Shown here piece by piece: positions 50,845 through 63,739 of a stretch of DNA of 64,000 nt. The notes below the pieces were generated by a model. It was given only the letters and a program-made list of their open reading frames with translations. It did no database searches and had not been told where the DNA came from. Origin of the DNA: Macrostomum lignano (taxonomy: Eukaryota); assembly GCA_002269645.1 (NCBI GenBank), contig NIVC01000735.1:392512-456511 (forward strand), read 5' to 3'. Each line of letters starts with the position of its first letter. Position 1 is the stretch's first letter. The translations under genes and the position numbers were made by a program.

Positions 50845-53816
50845 GCTATCTAAAATGTATTGAGGAGGGGGTGGGTGTATATCTATCGACTGGCTAGGTT
50901 TCGCTATTTGCTTGATAGCAGAGCTGAGAGGGGTTTGAGTTCCCCCCCGCCACAGCGTTATCGATTTTTCTAGCGGGGGAATGGGACCTCTTACTGGTAC
51001 GGACGAAAGTGTGGATTGGGGGGCTGGTGCCTGGGGTGACGGCTGCGAAGAGGAGACTCGGGATGTGCGTGCGTGCCTTGTGCACGGGCCGCGGAAAGGA
51101 GGGGTTTGTGTGCATTCAGGGTGATGCCAGAGCGAACGTTTCAGACTGAGTCAAGTCCTGTCCTGTGAAATCCGCCCTGTCCCCCTCCCTCACCCTTGCA
51201 GGCCTTGCCTTATTGATTTCGTTGCCGAACTGCCTGCCCCGCCCAATCCTTCCCTGGTTCACTGACTGACTGGCGTGGCCTCTGAATTTTCTGAGCTCAT
51301 GGTCACTCACTTCGATGTCTCAGACAGAAGTACGTAATAAAAAATACAAGTTGCTCAGTATTCAGTATAGGATAAATTGCTGCCAAAGCAAAACCAAGCT
51401 TTTGAATTTAAGTGCTTATTTGAGTTAAATGAATGCACTTTCGAGTTTTGAGTAGAATACGACTCATACGAGTAAATGCTTTAGTTTAAAATGACAAATT
51501 TCTGTAAATGTTGTTGAAACGCTTGACAAAAAATAAGTCTGAATTTTTTTACTTTTCAGAAGACAAAAATTGACAAAAATAAGCTTTATTTTTTTACTTT
51601 TCAGAAGACGGCCCCTTTGGGTCTTCTGCAGGGACTCCTACAGATAGCAATCATAGCATATGATTGCATATGCTATGGCCTATGATCATATCATAGGGGG
51701 GGGGGGGCGGCAGTCCCGGCCAGGGTAATAGAGCAGTTTCATACGCTGAGGCAGTCTCATACGCCGTCTCATAGGCAGTCTCATACGCCTCAACTCAACT
51801 CCCCTCAGTCCCCTGAGTGCCGCGGAATGTAAATGCGAGCCCCGACCGCGAGGATATAAATTATTGCTTTTCCTGCCAGGCCAGTAAAAAACATCAAGAA
51901 TCGAATATATATGGCAAAAATACTGCGCTAGATCACCACTCTTCACGTCTGTCAGCCCCTGCATTTGTACAGAACAGAATGGAGAAGAGATCTGGGAGAG
52001 GAGAGGGAGCTCGCGGTCTGTCTATCGAGTCGGAGTCAAAACCATAAGTTTCCTTATGGCATGGCTGAGCAGCGGAAAATATCGATTTACTGTTGTACCA
52101 TAGCTCTTTCCTCCATGGCTGCTTTTCTAGCTTTCTGGAGTCAGCTGCATAGACCACACACTCCGCTCCCGTTCTAATTCTATTAGAATTAAACTGCAGC
52201 AGTAGCAGGATGACAGTGGCAGCATGCAGTGTCCAGGGGCTCGTTGTCTCTTACATTGTTGAGGGAGGCCAGAACATTAGCCATGGCACTGCAACTGCAA
52301 GTCTGCAACTTCTTTCTGCAAGCTTTGGACTGTCACTGCCAAGCCAACTCAGACGATTCCAACTGACTCAAGAACGGGTGGTCCATGCCTCGATCCCCTT
52401 ATGTCAAAAAGCATTTCGGCTGGGAAAGGGAAACTATAGCTAGCCCGTAGCTGAGATGTACAAATGAAATATGTACATGAATTGCTTACAAATGGTACTT
52501 ACGCTCGTACAATGCCTATATTCCTCCTATCTACGAGCGTACTCTTAAAACTTAATGTGCAGTTTGAGTAATTTTGCGAACGAAAGTAACTACTATGCAA
52601 TCAAGCAACTCTTCAATTAACGTTAAGGCATGAGCAGCAGCTATCTAAATATACTAAATCTCTAAGGTTTGTATGTTTGATTAGCTACTAAGCCTCGACA
52701 GTGGGCCAACCTGACAACCTCAACTGCAAGGCAGGCATTCTCAATAATACAGATAGTCTCAGCTCAAGCATTCAGTTGTCATCCAGACCAGACGCCGTCG
52801 GCACCTTCCCGCGTGCAGACAGTAGAAAAATTTGTGCAGTTTGAATAAATTTGCAATGGAAGTGGAAATAAAACAGGAGTGTCTAGAACGATTTCTAATG
52901 CATAATATACTGATATAACAAATATTGGTGATTAACACGTTTAGTTTAGTCTGAATAAGCGTGCACATAGTCTGCGAGCGTTTTAGTTTTGTAATGTGCT
53001 GTAATGCGCTCGTAGTATGTATAGCTACGAGCCAAAAAGAGTGTTTCTATTTATAAACGAAAATTAAAATGTGACCAATAAAAAAGATATTTAATTAATT
53101 GAATGACTCATTAATGAATTATAAATTCATTATAAATTCAGACAAAGACAAAGCGTCAAGTAACAAAAACTAAACTGATCACTTGGTACAGTTGTGAATG
53201 AATATGCTAGCAAAGGGCTATTTTAAAAGTTAAAATTAAAAAAATTATTGCATGAGTGAACACCAATATTTTCTTTCCCATCTTTGGATAATAGCTCCCA
53301 CCGATTGAATCAGAGAAAAACAGATATAGCCACCATGCAGTGCAGCAGAGGGGCAAAAACGAGCTCTCATGAGCACAAGCGGGTTTGTTTAGACACTCCC
53401 AGAAACTTTGCAGGCTTTGATGGGCACCTCCAATCCTGGGTACGCCCCTGTTTGCTGTACGTAAGATGTAAGCTTCATAGCTATTGATTGCATTAGTGAG
53501 ACAATCACTGCTAAAAAACAACTTTCCGGGTTAATCAAGCATCAAAGCATAAAATAAACGTCAGGTTACAGGCACAAAGTCTTACGAATCGAATTGTTTG
53601 TCATTACCTCATAGGGCTCACAAAAATAACATTAGACGAAGCTGGAGAGCCAAAGCAGAAAACTAGAGTCCTCAGAAATTTCAGTCCCAAATACCTCAAA
53701 GAACTCCAACAAGAGGAGCGGCTGAACCAAAATAACAGTATAGAAATCTGTTGCACCTATTCGTCGGTCAAAAACGTGCTGAGTTTAAAGTTAAATTATC
53801 CGACTCACTTCTGTCT

Positions 53817-56800
53817 CTACTGGCGCAGACTCCGCAGACTCTCGAGAGCCTCCTTCTCGCTGACGCTCTTCCAAGCGACCGGTAAATTATCGACAGGCTT
53901 TTTGTAGTACTCGCCAAGTTCTTTGACAAACGTTGCGCAGAACCACATCCAGAACTTGTTCCCGAAGTTACTTGGGTCTGGCTTGATATCCCAATATGGG
54001 AAGAAATCCTTGTAGTTCTTGTACGGATGATATTTTTCCACCTCTTCGCCTTCGGGTGCACATGATGAGGTCTTCACACTGTGCTTCCGGCAAATGATGC
54101 AGCGAAAGCTCCACCCGTCACAGGATACCTCCAATTCGCAATTTCGAAATACAAGTTGTTTTGAATCCTTTTCGTGCGTCCCTTTGACGCCCTGCGGTCT
54201 GTGCTGAATGCAGGTGTGAGGCGTTTTTTCGTTTTCATAGTGGTTGGCATCGTCTTTGCTGCATGGCTCAGAGCAGAATGGGCACTGCGCTGTGCAGCCC
54301 CAAAAACTCTTTAAAACCAGACGGTTGAGGGTTTCGCCCTGTGAGTCGCGATCAACTTCATAGATGGTAGTAACTTTGTACTTTTCTATTGTTTGCACTC
54401 TGATTTGCTCAATCGCTGGTCGAAAAAAGTCAGTAAAGTCGGAAAGGTCGATGTTAGAGTCATTTGATGGCAAAGCCGTCTCCAAATCCTGTGGAAGAAC
54501 TGCCAGCTCGGATTCCACATTCTCACAAAATTTCACAATCCACTGCTTCAGAGAGCCTGAAGACTCAGTGTGAGCTTTCTCATCAGCTCTGGTAACAACA
54601 ACAAGTATGGGCTCGAGTAGCTCTCTCGCAGCTGCTAACAGTCTGCTTTCATCGCTTGATGACGGCTTTTGTGACAGAAACTCGGGAATAAACTCATCAA
54701 GCCAATTCAGAGCAGCTGTCTCAGACTTGACAACATACCGCAATATTTTTTTGAACTTTCTCTTTCGTGAAAAGTCGTCCAGAATTCTCACGATCAGGTG
54801 AAACTTCCCATTTCCGATCTCGGCGATCAGCTTGGACTTCAGCTTCTCCTTCAGTCGCTGGTTGATTGCATCCTGTATCACTTTCTTCAGGTGGTCCCTG
54901 ACATAATCAGCTGCAATCTTGGCTCCACTCTGTCTCCGAACCATGTTGAAGAACATGTTCCTGATGCGCTCTTTGATTTTGTCAGTTTTTGCCTTGATGC
55001 TGCAGCTGTCACGAAACCGTTGGTCGAATTCGACAAAGTGCGGATAGGCATAACGAAGAGCCAAAATGACCACCTTGATTTCGAAAATGATGGTGGTGGT
55101 AGCTCTCTTAAAGTCGGTCAATTCTCGATTTAGACCATCAGCAACAACCTTCTGAACTCGGCTTGCATCAGTCTCTTCGAACCATCTGGTTGATTTGGAA
55201 ATGTCGGCAACTTCTGTTTTAACTTGACGAAACACCCTGTTGCTGATTTCAGTCAGTTCACTTTTTGCTTCGTCCTTAGCATTTTCATTGGGGTCAGAGA
55301 AAATGAATCCCCCGGTAAAAGTACTGCCAAACTGTTGAGCTCTTTCCCTCTTTTTTAAGCGAATTTCAAAGAAGGAGTTATTGTCATTTTCAAAAAGCTG
55401 CTGCTCTGTCAGATCCGAAATCTCTTCCGCACGGCTTCCAGAGCAATGCTCGAAATTGAATTGATCAAGGTAGTCCCGTATCACTTGCCTCTCCTTAGGA
55501 TAGCATTCGCGAAGGAAATTTTCGATTCTCGACAAAACCGATTCGCCATACTCTATCCTTTCAGGAGGCAAGTCGCCCAAAAACTTTTTCCAAAGGCTTT
55601 CAAACTTTTTCTCTACTTCATCATCAGGGCAGCCTTCGGGCATCTCTTCTGCAGCCTTCCTGGCCTCGATAAAAATGGCTTTCTCCCACTGGCTCTGCTT
55701 CGATTTCTGTTCTGTCTCAAGCAGCTGCAGATCACAGAACTGCTCCAGCTTCCTCGTGACTTCACCACCGAGCGACCTCACGTACTCAGACAGAGAATTG
55801 GCCTTGTTTGACTTCCACTGAATCGTCTGCTCACTGTAGGGTTTTCGTCAAAGAATTTCATCAACCGGTCCATTCCATTTGTCTCACAATTGTCTTGTAG
55901 ACGATGCAGCTCTATCTTCAGCCTTTCCTTTGTTTGGTGAACACTTTTGGAAGTGGTGCATTTCTGGAGCTGGATTGACGCAGTCTTTGTCAGCCACTCA
56001 TTGAGTTGGACGTCGCACCGACGCTTTACATCAAAGAATTCTGACTCCATGAGATTGTAGGCCTTCATCTCGATGCTGTTTCGAAAGCTGAACACAAAGT
56101 CTTCGGACATGATGGCCGTCCACAGGTCCTTGATGCGGAGAGCAAAGTCATCAAATCCAAGAAAAGTCTTGTACTTTTCATCCAGACAATGCAAAATGTG
56201 GGTTTTGATCTCAGTTACTTTGTGCGAATATCCGGGGTTCACGGGTGCCATCGGAGGGTCTCCCAGCCACAAGTCCGACATGTAGAAAATATCTTTGTCA
56301 CTGTCGAACGAGATAATGTCAGAGAAGCAGCGAACACTCGCAACCTTCTCTCCTTCGGCGGCTTCTCTTGTGATTTTGTCCAAGTCCTCCTGCATCTTGC
56401 AATTCTGATCCATCATTTTCTCCTTCGCTCCAACTGCGGGCACATTCTGGTGAACAAAGATACACCTTCTGCGCAGATCCTGCATCCTGTTTGCCATCTT
56501 CATTCTGATGAAGGCGTGAACCACAATCTGCAGAATGTCTTTTATCTCTGCGCTGTTCTCGCCCTTCAGATTGATTACAGTGACATCGCCCAAACCTAAA
56601 ACAAGTGTGGCGAGCTCGTTGTCATGACGATACTTGTCAAGTCCGAGCTCAGGCGCCCTGAGTCCCTCAGTGTCGATCACGGCCACAAAGTCGAACTTAC
56701 TCGAGCCAGGTTCGACAGGAACGAGCTGTAGAAAGGCGCCTCGAGTGCAGCGACCGGCGCTCACTGCGAACTTCAGTCCGAACATGGTGTTGAGCAGAGT

Positions 56801-59167
56801 GGACTTGCCTGAGCTCTGCAGTCCGAGTACGGAGACCGCCAAAATATTCTTCTGTCCCACAAGCTGCTTACAGTGAGTGAGCACAGAGGTCACCCAGGTG
56901 AGAGGAATGTTGCTAGCATCGCCGTCCAGAATCTCCAAGGGAATTCCCCAGAGCAGAAGGCGCGCAAAAACTTCTGGAAGAACTTCTGATTCACAACCAA
57001 AAGTTTTGTTGGTATCGTTCAGAGAACATGTGGCTTCAAAAAACTGACCGACTTCTCTGAAGACATTTTCCATGCCAATGGACATTTCGAGAATTGTTTT
57101 CTCAACTTGCCTGAGTGAATAATCAAATTTCTTTTGTAACTCGGTGCTAGTGCACTTCTCTACATCCTCAGCATCTGAAACGGTATCCTTCTGTTGAAAA
57201 ATACTCTGCAGTTGAGTGCGGATATCTTTGCGATTCCTGTGAAGGTCTGGAAGCTTCTTCCTGGAGATTTCATCAAATAACAGCTTTTCCCATTGGATGA
57301 GAAGCTGTACAGGCAGGCCGCCTTCCGATTTAAAACAGCTGTTCGTTAACTGCTGCACAAAGTCTTTCATGAAAGCACTCAAATTTCTGCACCTTGCGAT
57401 TTGGGTTGTCCTTTTCTCAGCTTTCTGTCTTTGGATTTCTTGAAGATCTTTTTTCTCGGCTTTGGAAGAGTTCTCTTTCTTGTGAAGCTGGCTGTACTCC
57501 ATCCAGATTGCTTGGAGGGGAAGATGCTTTGTCTTGAATTCGTGCATCTCGGAATCGCTGCAGTTCATGTGCTCAATTACCTTAAACGCAGATGTCCTTG
57601 ACTCTGCAAGAACATGGTTGCATTCGTCTGTTTCAAAGGAGGCATTTTGATTTAATGCAGTCAGTTTCAGGCCCTCGGTTTCAGCTAGAAGACTTTCTAG
57701 TTTCTTTGAGATCTCACTGAGCAACTGTGTCTCGTTCTTAGACTTCATTCCTCGAAACGCCCAAATTATTTCCTTAGGCAGCGATTTAAAGTCGATCTCC
57801 TCTGCCTTAACCAATCTATCTTCTTTTTTAAACACAATGAGCAGCACCTGTCGATGCCTCAATATATTAATGGCTTGTAGAACTTCAGAGCTCTCCAGTG
57901 CTTTGATTTCGACCATCAGAACAACAATATCTGCCACCTGCGCAACAGCCTGGAACTCCTTGCTATGCTCAAGCAGATCGCCTCGAAGATTTGCCAGCAC
58001 AAAGGCTTTGCTGAATGTGCTCGATGGGCCTTCCGACGGCAGGAAAACTGTGGCCTCTACCAACCCGTTTGTGCATTGTCGTCTGACGTCTCCGTTGTTG
58101 CAGTCGTGGTGGAAAAACGTATCCAAACTGCTCTTGAACAAAAGGCTGTTCAGCAGCTTCGACTTGGAGGTGCCGATCTCTCCAATTCGAGCAAAGCAGA
58201 CGACGGGAAAAGGGTGCTCGGAGACCAGACTCGTTTCCAGATACCGACCCTGACAGTCTCGGTATTCAACTACGATGTCTCTGAGGTTCCACTGACTCAG
58301 AGTGAGTTGACCCTCACGGTCACTGTATATGAATGGAAATGCGAGCTTGCAGGTGAACAGAGCTTTGCACAGGATCTGCTGCACCTCAGGATCGCAGCAG
58401 AGAAAGCACGCCTGAAGAACGTCCATCGGATTAAGCGAATCTGGACTTTCGAAATCACAGAAAGGGTCTTCAGCTTCTGGCTCCGTGTCTTTCTTAGCAA
58501 TTGATTTGTCTCTTGCAGTCCTATCGTAAGCAAGAAGACCTCTGAGAACAGTCCAACCCAGCCGATCGATTTCTGTTTTTTTAGGCTCCTGAAAACTGTC
58601 ACTGTAGAGTCGCACAACGTCTGAGAATGAAAATTTCTGTTTGATACTTTTCAGCTGCAGCAACTCTATCACTTTAAGAATCGCTGTTGGGGTATCACCA
58701 TTGAAAGCACCACTGCTGTCTTCCTCGGTCATCTCATGACTGGCATCTTTGGCGACAGCCTCGCCCTTTCCCTCAGTCTCCTCATGACTGGAATCTTTGA
58801 CGACATCCTCGCCCTTTCCCTCAGTCTCCTCATGACTCGAATCTTTGACGACATCCTCGCCCTTTCCCTCAGTCTCCTCATGACTCGAATCTTTGGCGAC
58901 AGCCTCGCCCTTTTCTTCAGTCTTATTTTTACTACTTGCGTCTTTGGCCACATGTCGCCGCCTTCTTCTTGATTGCCTCGCTTTTACGTTGAAGCAACAG
59001 AAGCTTAAACTGATTTTTCTCGAAGCTTCCGCTGTCTCCATGAGCCCTAGAATGTAAATTAGTCAGTCAGTCATTACAGGAGTATTAAAAAGACAAAAAA
59101 GAACAAGTTCAGGGAACTCACCTGCAGCCTCCTCGGTCTCGCCGTCTTGAATGAGACCCTCAGCCAT
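53817..59167 (-). CDS. GVIN1: Very large inducible GTPase (GVIN1/VLIG/URGCP family), about 1758 aa if a single 1-nt frameshift at about 55839-55845 is corrected. Exon 1 59167-59122, exon 2 59046-53817.
   Basis: Exon 1 MAEGLIQDGETEEAA G|GTGAGT joins TAG|GG CTC ATG in frame. Motifs: LNPMDV; LFTCKLAFP; FFHHDC; FVLANLRGD; P-loop VLGLQSSGKSTLLNTMFG; VSAGRCTRGAF; DTEG; DNELATLVLGL; C-terminal FWGCTAQCPFC...HRPQG...WDI...FWMWF. Confidence 0.88.
58735..58915 (-). repeat. 45-bp coding tandem repeat (EETEGKGED/AVVKDSSH x about 4) in the GTPase N-terminus
   Basis: In-frame 15-aa repeat visible in the ORF and in the DNA. Confidence 0.9.
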
Positions 59168-59289
59168 GCAGATTCCGGCTCCTGGAAGGCCAGACAGAAT
59201 TTCGCTGCGCTCTGCAGGCAACAACAGGCGATGAAATTCTGAAGAAGGGACGGAAAGCTTAGCAGAGGTCTATCGCATACGATGGATAA

Positions 59290-59627
59290 CCCGTACAACA
59301 ATCCGACGTCGCACCGACCTCTGAACCGACGTCGTACGACGTCTATGTAACATTACGTGTTTCCTATTGGTCGGACGTCGGGCCGACGTCGAAGTCGTAG
59401 TCCGAAAATTTATTTCGCGCTGCTTTAACATTTATTTTCGCGGGATGAACTGGCAAGCAATACTGTTATGCTTAATTTAATTATTTAAGGCGAATAACGT
59501 GAATTAAGGCGAATTTAATTTTTCGACTACGACTTCGACGTCAGCCCGACGTCCGACCAATAGGAAACACGTAATGTTACATAGACGTCGTACGACGTCG
59601 GTCAGATACGTCGGATTGTTGTACGGG
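59290..59627. mobile_element. 338-bp MITE with TIRs of about 120 bp and a TAA target-site duplication (PIF/Harbinger, Tourist-like)
   Basis: TAA|CCCGTACAACAATCCGACGT...ACGTCGGATTGTTGTACGGG|TAA. The long arms contain repeated GACGTC motifs. Confidence 0.88.
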
Positions 59628-61283
59628 TAAAGTATAAAACAGTGAGTCACCTTCACACAAAAACCTCTTTGGTGTCGATGGAGATCAAAATAAGTTTACT
59701 CGTAACTACTTCAAGCTCTCTCGGCTTGCAATTCTGGGCAGCAATCCTGAAACGAATATATACCAATGGATCGTGGATAAAACCACGGAAATGCCGCGGA
59801 CTAGCCGATGCAAAAGGGAAGTTCCTTTTTGAAGCAACTCCAGGGTTGCAAGCAAGGGCTGTGCTTAGTCGGCTTTGATTTACATTTAGCTAAAAATACG
59901 TAGCATCGGAGCAATGCAGCCGCAATTTGATGGGTAGGTTGTACTCGTACATGATCGCGTACAGGGCGCTATGTGACTACCGCTGGATTGTTCTCGAAGA
60001 GGGAGCGAGACATCAGCTACAGCAGAAAGACAATACAAGTACATTCTGAGCATTCTCTCTCCCCACAGTTGGTTCCTCCTAAAAGGAGAGCGGGCGACCG
60101 TACATCGGCCAGGAACTTTTAGCTAGTTCCCTTTTATCTTTTTTGTTTATTTTTTACCCCAGACAGTTTTTCCTGCACCTGAATAGAGGAGCTGAGACGC
60201 ACCAAAAAAGTTGTTCTAAATTTTACTTTGACCTTTTGAGCATGGAGTAGCGCTTTTTTTACATTTTTGGTAAAAATAATTACGGGAGAAGCTCCTATAG
60301 CTAGAAGATGACAAGAGAGGAGAAGGGAGATTTTGATAGCCAGTGATAAAAATTACTGCTTTTCGAAATCGGAATTCAGAATGAAAACAAAATGGACTTT
60401 TGAACAATTCTGCCAACATGTGTCATTTAGCTATCATATCGAAGTCATAGCGGATTATATAGGACACTGCTGGGACTTGATGGCGTTGACTATTCACGGA
60501 CAGAGAGTACTTGCAGCAGCGTGTTCCTTACAACCGCGAAATGTACTTTTATATTAATCCAATTTCGTAAATACTCGGACCACAGAGACCGTTCGCGTGA
60601 CAACAAATGGGGCCAATTTTTTCGTGCGATCACATGGCTTGTACATTTCGGGGTCGTACCTATAGAGCTGTCGTAGCGTAAGTTCGATCGTACGTCGGAA
60701 CTTTTACACTGCGAAAATGAGAGCTAATATCGATCTTATCTTACGATGGCTTAATACGATGGCCCATCGTCTTTGTCGCTCTGTGAACCAGTTGTGTGAT
60801 TTGATGGTTAATTCATTGGCGGTGTGAACTGTGAACAAGCCGTAAATGTGTTATCTGGCTAGGCCGCTAGAGCCTCAGAAGTCCATACACGATATTACAG
60901 GCACATAAAGTTGGCCGCTTGCTGCCTAAGCTTGACCTGGTGTGCTCACTGCATGCTCCGAATGACAATTCGAGAGACTGCAGAACTGTTTCTACTCGAA
61001 TTGGCAGGCCCCTGCCGAATAACTATGCTCCCTATTGGAACTTCCATAGCGAAAAATTATTACTCAAATGACAATAAACGTCCCCTTCTATCACTTTGAT
61101 TTTGTATTAAATCCATACAAGTCAGACTTAAACGATTATTTGAATTGCAGCAAACAAACTACTTTTAGTAGCAACCTGGACCACTTCCACCTCAATTTTG
61201 CGCAACCAGTTCAATTTGGTGTTAATCCTAATCCAGCTGCAGAAAATGGGTCTAGATCAAGAAAACAAAATCTTAAACTGAAA

Positions 61284-61373
61284 GCTGAAGGTGGAAATCG
61301 GATGCAGATGACAACTCAAACTGGAAGCTGAGGATGGAAATCGGATGCAGATAACAACTCAAACTGGAAGCTT
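61284..61373. repeat. Tandem duplication of about 43-45 bp (GGAAATCGGATGCAGAT[G/A]ACAACTCAAACTGGAAGCT)
   Basis: Direct reading. Confidence 0.8.
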
Positions 61374-61674
61374 GAAGGAACACAATTCCATTGCCTACCC
61401 TCTTACGAGCTACTACGATAGTTTGACTCAGCTTACAGATAAATAATTTCATAAATTTATCAAAAATTTATTGAACAGCACTATAATCTGGCGGTGAACT
61501 CGTATATTTACAGGCCATCACTCGTATATGAGCACCTTTTCTGCACATTATTTCAGTACAAAATCTGCAGCATCAAAACAATGAAATTAAAGCCAAAAAA
61601 TTGCAGTTTAAAACGCGGAATAAAATATTAATATTTATTATAGCAAAACGTTCACCGAAAAAGCGTCCAAGTGT

Positions 61675-63739
61675 TCACAGGAGGCCGCTGTCCAGGTCGG
61701 AGCTGTCCCGGCTGGGAAGGAACTTGGCCGTCAGACTGACCAGGTGTCGCTGAATGGTGTCCCGATTTGCCTCGAGCGAGTGGACCGTGACCAGCTCGAA
61801 TCCGGCGTCCAGCAGTCTCTGGTCTGCGCTCGACTGCTCCCACTGGATGAGGTAGCTGAACTGGAGGCTCCTGTCGCGTCGGTAGAGCTGAACCTCCTTC
61901 CTGCGAGCGAACTCTCCGCCTGTCTCTGAACCCGAAGCCCCAGAGCTGGAGTGGTCGCGCTCGCGAGCCTTCACGGCGTGGGCAGCGTCGCGCAGGGCGC
62001 CGATGGTGGCAAGGATGCGCTTAGAGAGGCCCTTCGGGTGGCGACCCCAGTCGGGCGTCGGGGCGACGATTTCGTCGCTGCGCCGGTCCACCAGGGCGAA
62101 ATGCACCAGGCCGATGTAGTTGGCGAGCACGCTGGACGAGGCCAGGTTTCTGCGCGCCTTTACGTCCAGAAATGGCAGGTAGTCCTGGAGGTCTTTTCTA
62201 CAAGCCTGGGCAAGGTCCTGCACAGCCTGGCACACTGTGGCCGTCATCTTGAAGGGAAACTGCAGGAAGAGGTTCTCAAATACGCCTTTCATGACGGAAG
62301 ACTTTAACTTATGCAGCAAGTTCTCTACCGCATTCAGGTACAAGTCTACGGTGCGGAAATGCTCGCTCCCTGGAGCTGCCCGGCTCAGGTGATCGTTGAC
62401 ATCGCGCATTGCTCGTTCGCAGGCGGGCGCGAAGCTGGCAGCGACTCCTGGCGGCTCCCTCAACGTCCTGATCAGCTCGACGAGGAGTCGTCTAACCGAG
62501 TGCAGCTCGGCGCAGATGGCAGCCTGCATTGCTGCCAGGTCGTCAACGGGTTGGCTTACATGGCTCAGGGCTCGGTCCGCCGCTCGGTGCATTCGATCTA
62601 CCAACCGGGCCACGGAGCGCGGCTCCACAGCTTCTAGTGCCAAGAATACAACATTTCCCGTCATTGGTACGAAGTGAGCTTTGAATGGAGATAAAGTCGA
62701 TGTGGTAGTGTTCAGAAACACAAGCATAGCTTTGGACTCTGATGGAGAGCTTTTGTTCAACTCAATCTGCTGCACCAGAGGATAGTGAGCATTGTGCTCC
62801 AACTCGATGCAACTGCCAGATGAGGAAGTAGATTGCCGCTGAGATGTCCCAAATGCGCCATTTATTCGTTCGGGTGTCGTCGCCAGACCGGAACTCCGCG
62901 GACTGTGAGGGGCAGAGAGGACGAACTCGTTGCACGAGTGGAAGGCAGAGGAAACATCGCTGTTGCTTGAACTGTTGGTCGGCTCAGCGCAACTGTTGAA
63001 GGTGGCTCCTTCTGGTTCCTTGTAGCGGCTCTCATCGTAGACGTCAAACTTTGGGAACAGAGCGGGCACCAGAGAGATTAGAGTGAGAAAGTCCTGGGCT
63101 ACAAGCTTACTTGTCCTCTCGGTAGAGTACAGGCACAGCAGCTTGGTGCCGCAGACAATCAGCACGTGCTCCACACCGCTCAACTCTCGACGTCTTCGCT
63201 GGAAGCCGCGCTCAATCGACTCGATAGCCTTGGCCTTGATGCTGCCTCCACCTTGACGCGCTCCACCGCAGAAAATGTGAACGCCAATTCGTGCGTAAAC
63301 AGAGTCTTCCAGCCGGACACCATGCTGCCAACCAGGCTGAATGCGCCTTCTTTGTAATGCTTCAGTGTCTCAAAGTAAGGTCCCACCAGCGACCGCAGCT
63401 GCCCTCCACATTGGCTAGCTGCTTGGCCGGCGGGCAGAATGTTTTTGAGCCGAATACACCGATCATGAGGAAGTCCTCGCACCGTCTGAATACAACTTCC
63501 TCACTGTTGGCCAGTACAACCCGGCGATAGGCGGACTGCTGCGTTCTCATCAAGTTGTAGGTGGTCAGTAAGGGCGAGAAGAGCTGCACAAGTACGTCCA
63601 GCGTCTGTCGGGACACGCCAGCTATCTCTCCAGCCTCGTTGGAGCCGCGATAAGCGGCCAGCAGGTTGGCCAAGTAGGCTTGATCCGCATGACAGAACAC
63701 AATGTCATTCACCGAGTTGAACACAACCAGGATTTTCAT
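61675..63739 (-). CDS. HPS1: Hermansky-Pudlak syndrome 1 homolog (BLOC-3 subunit, tri-longin), intronless, about 688 aa if two 1-nt frameshifts (about 63402-63404 and 63245-63246) are corrected
   Basis: MKILVVFNSVNDIVFCHADQAY...LVQLFSPLL...FLMIGVFG; FTFSAVER...IESIER; VEHVLIVCGTKLLCLYSTERTSKLVAQDFLTLISLV; LQDYLPFLDVKARRN; YIGLVHFALVDRRSDEIVAP; LQFSYLIQWE. These segments follow the HPS1 order as recalled. Confidence 0.82.

Noticed and set aside
50894-53521. Assorted short ORFs between tubulin and the GTPase
   Set aside because: No codon bias, motifs or splice structure; treated as promoter/intergenic DNA.
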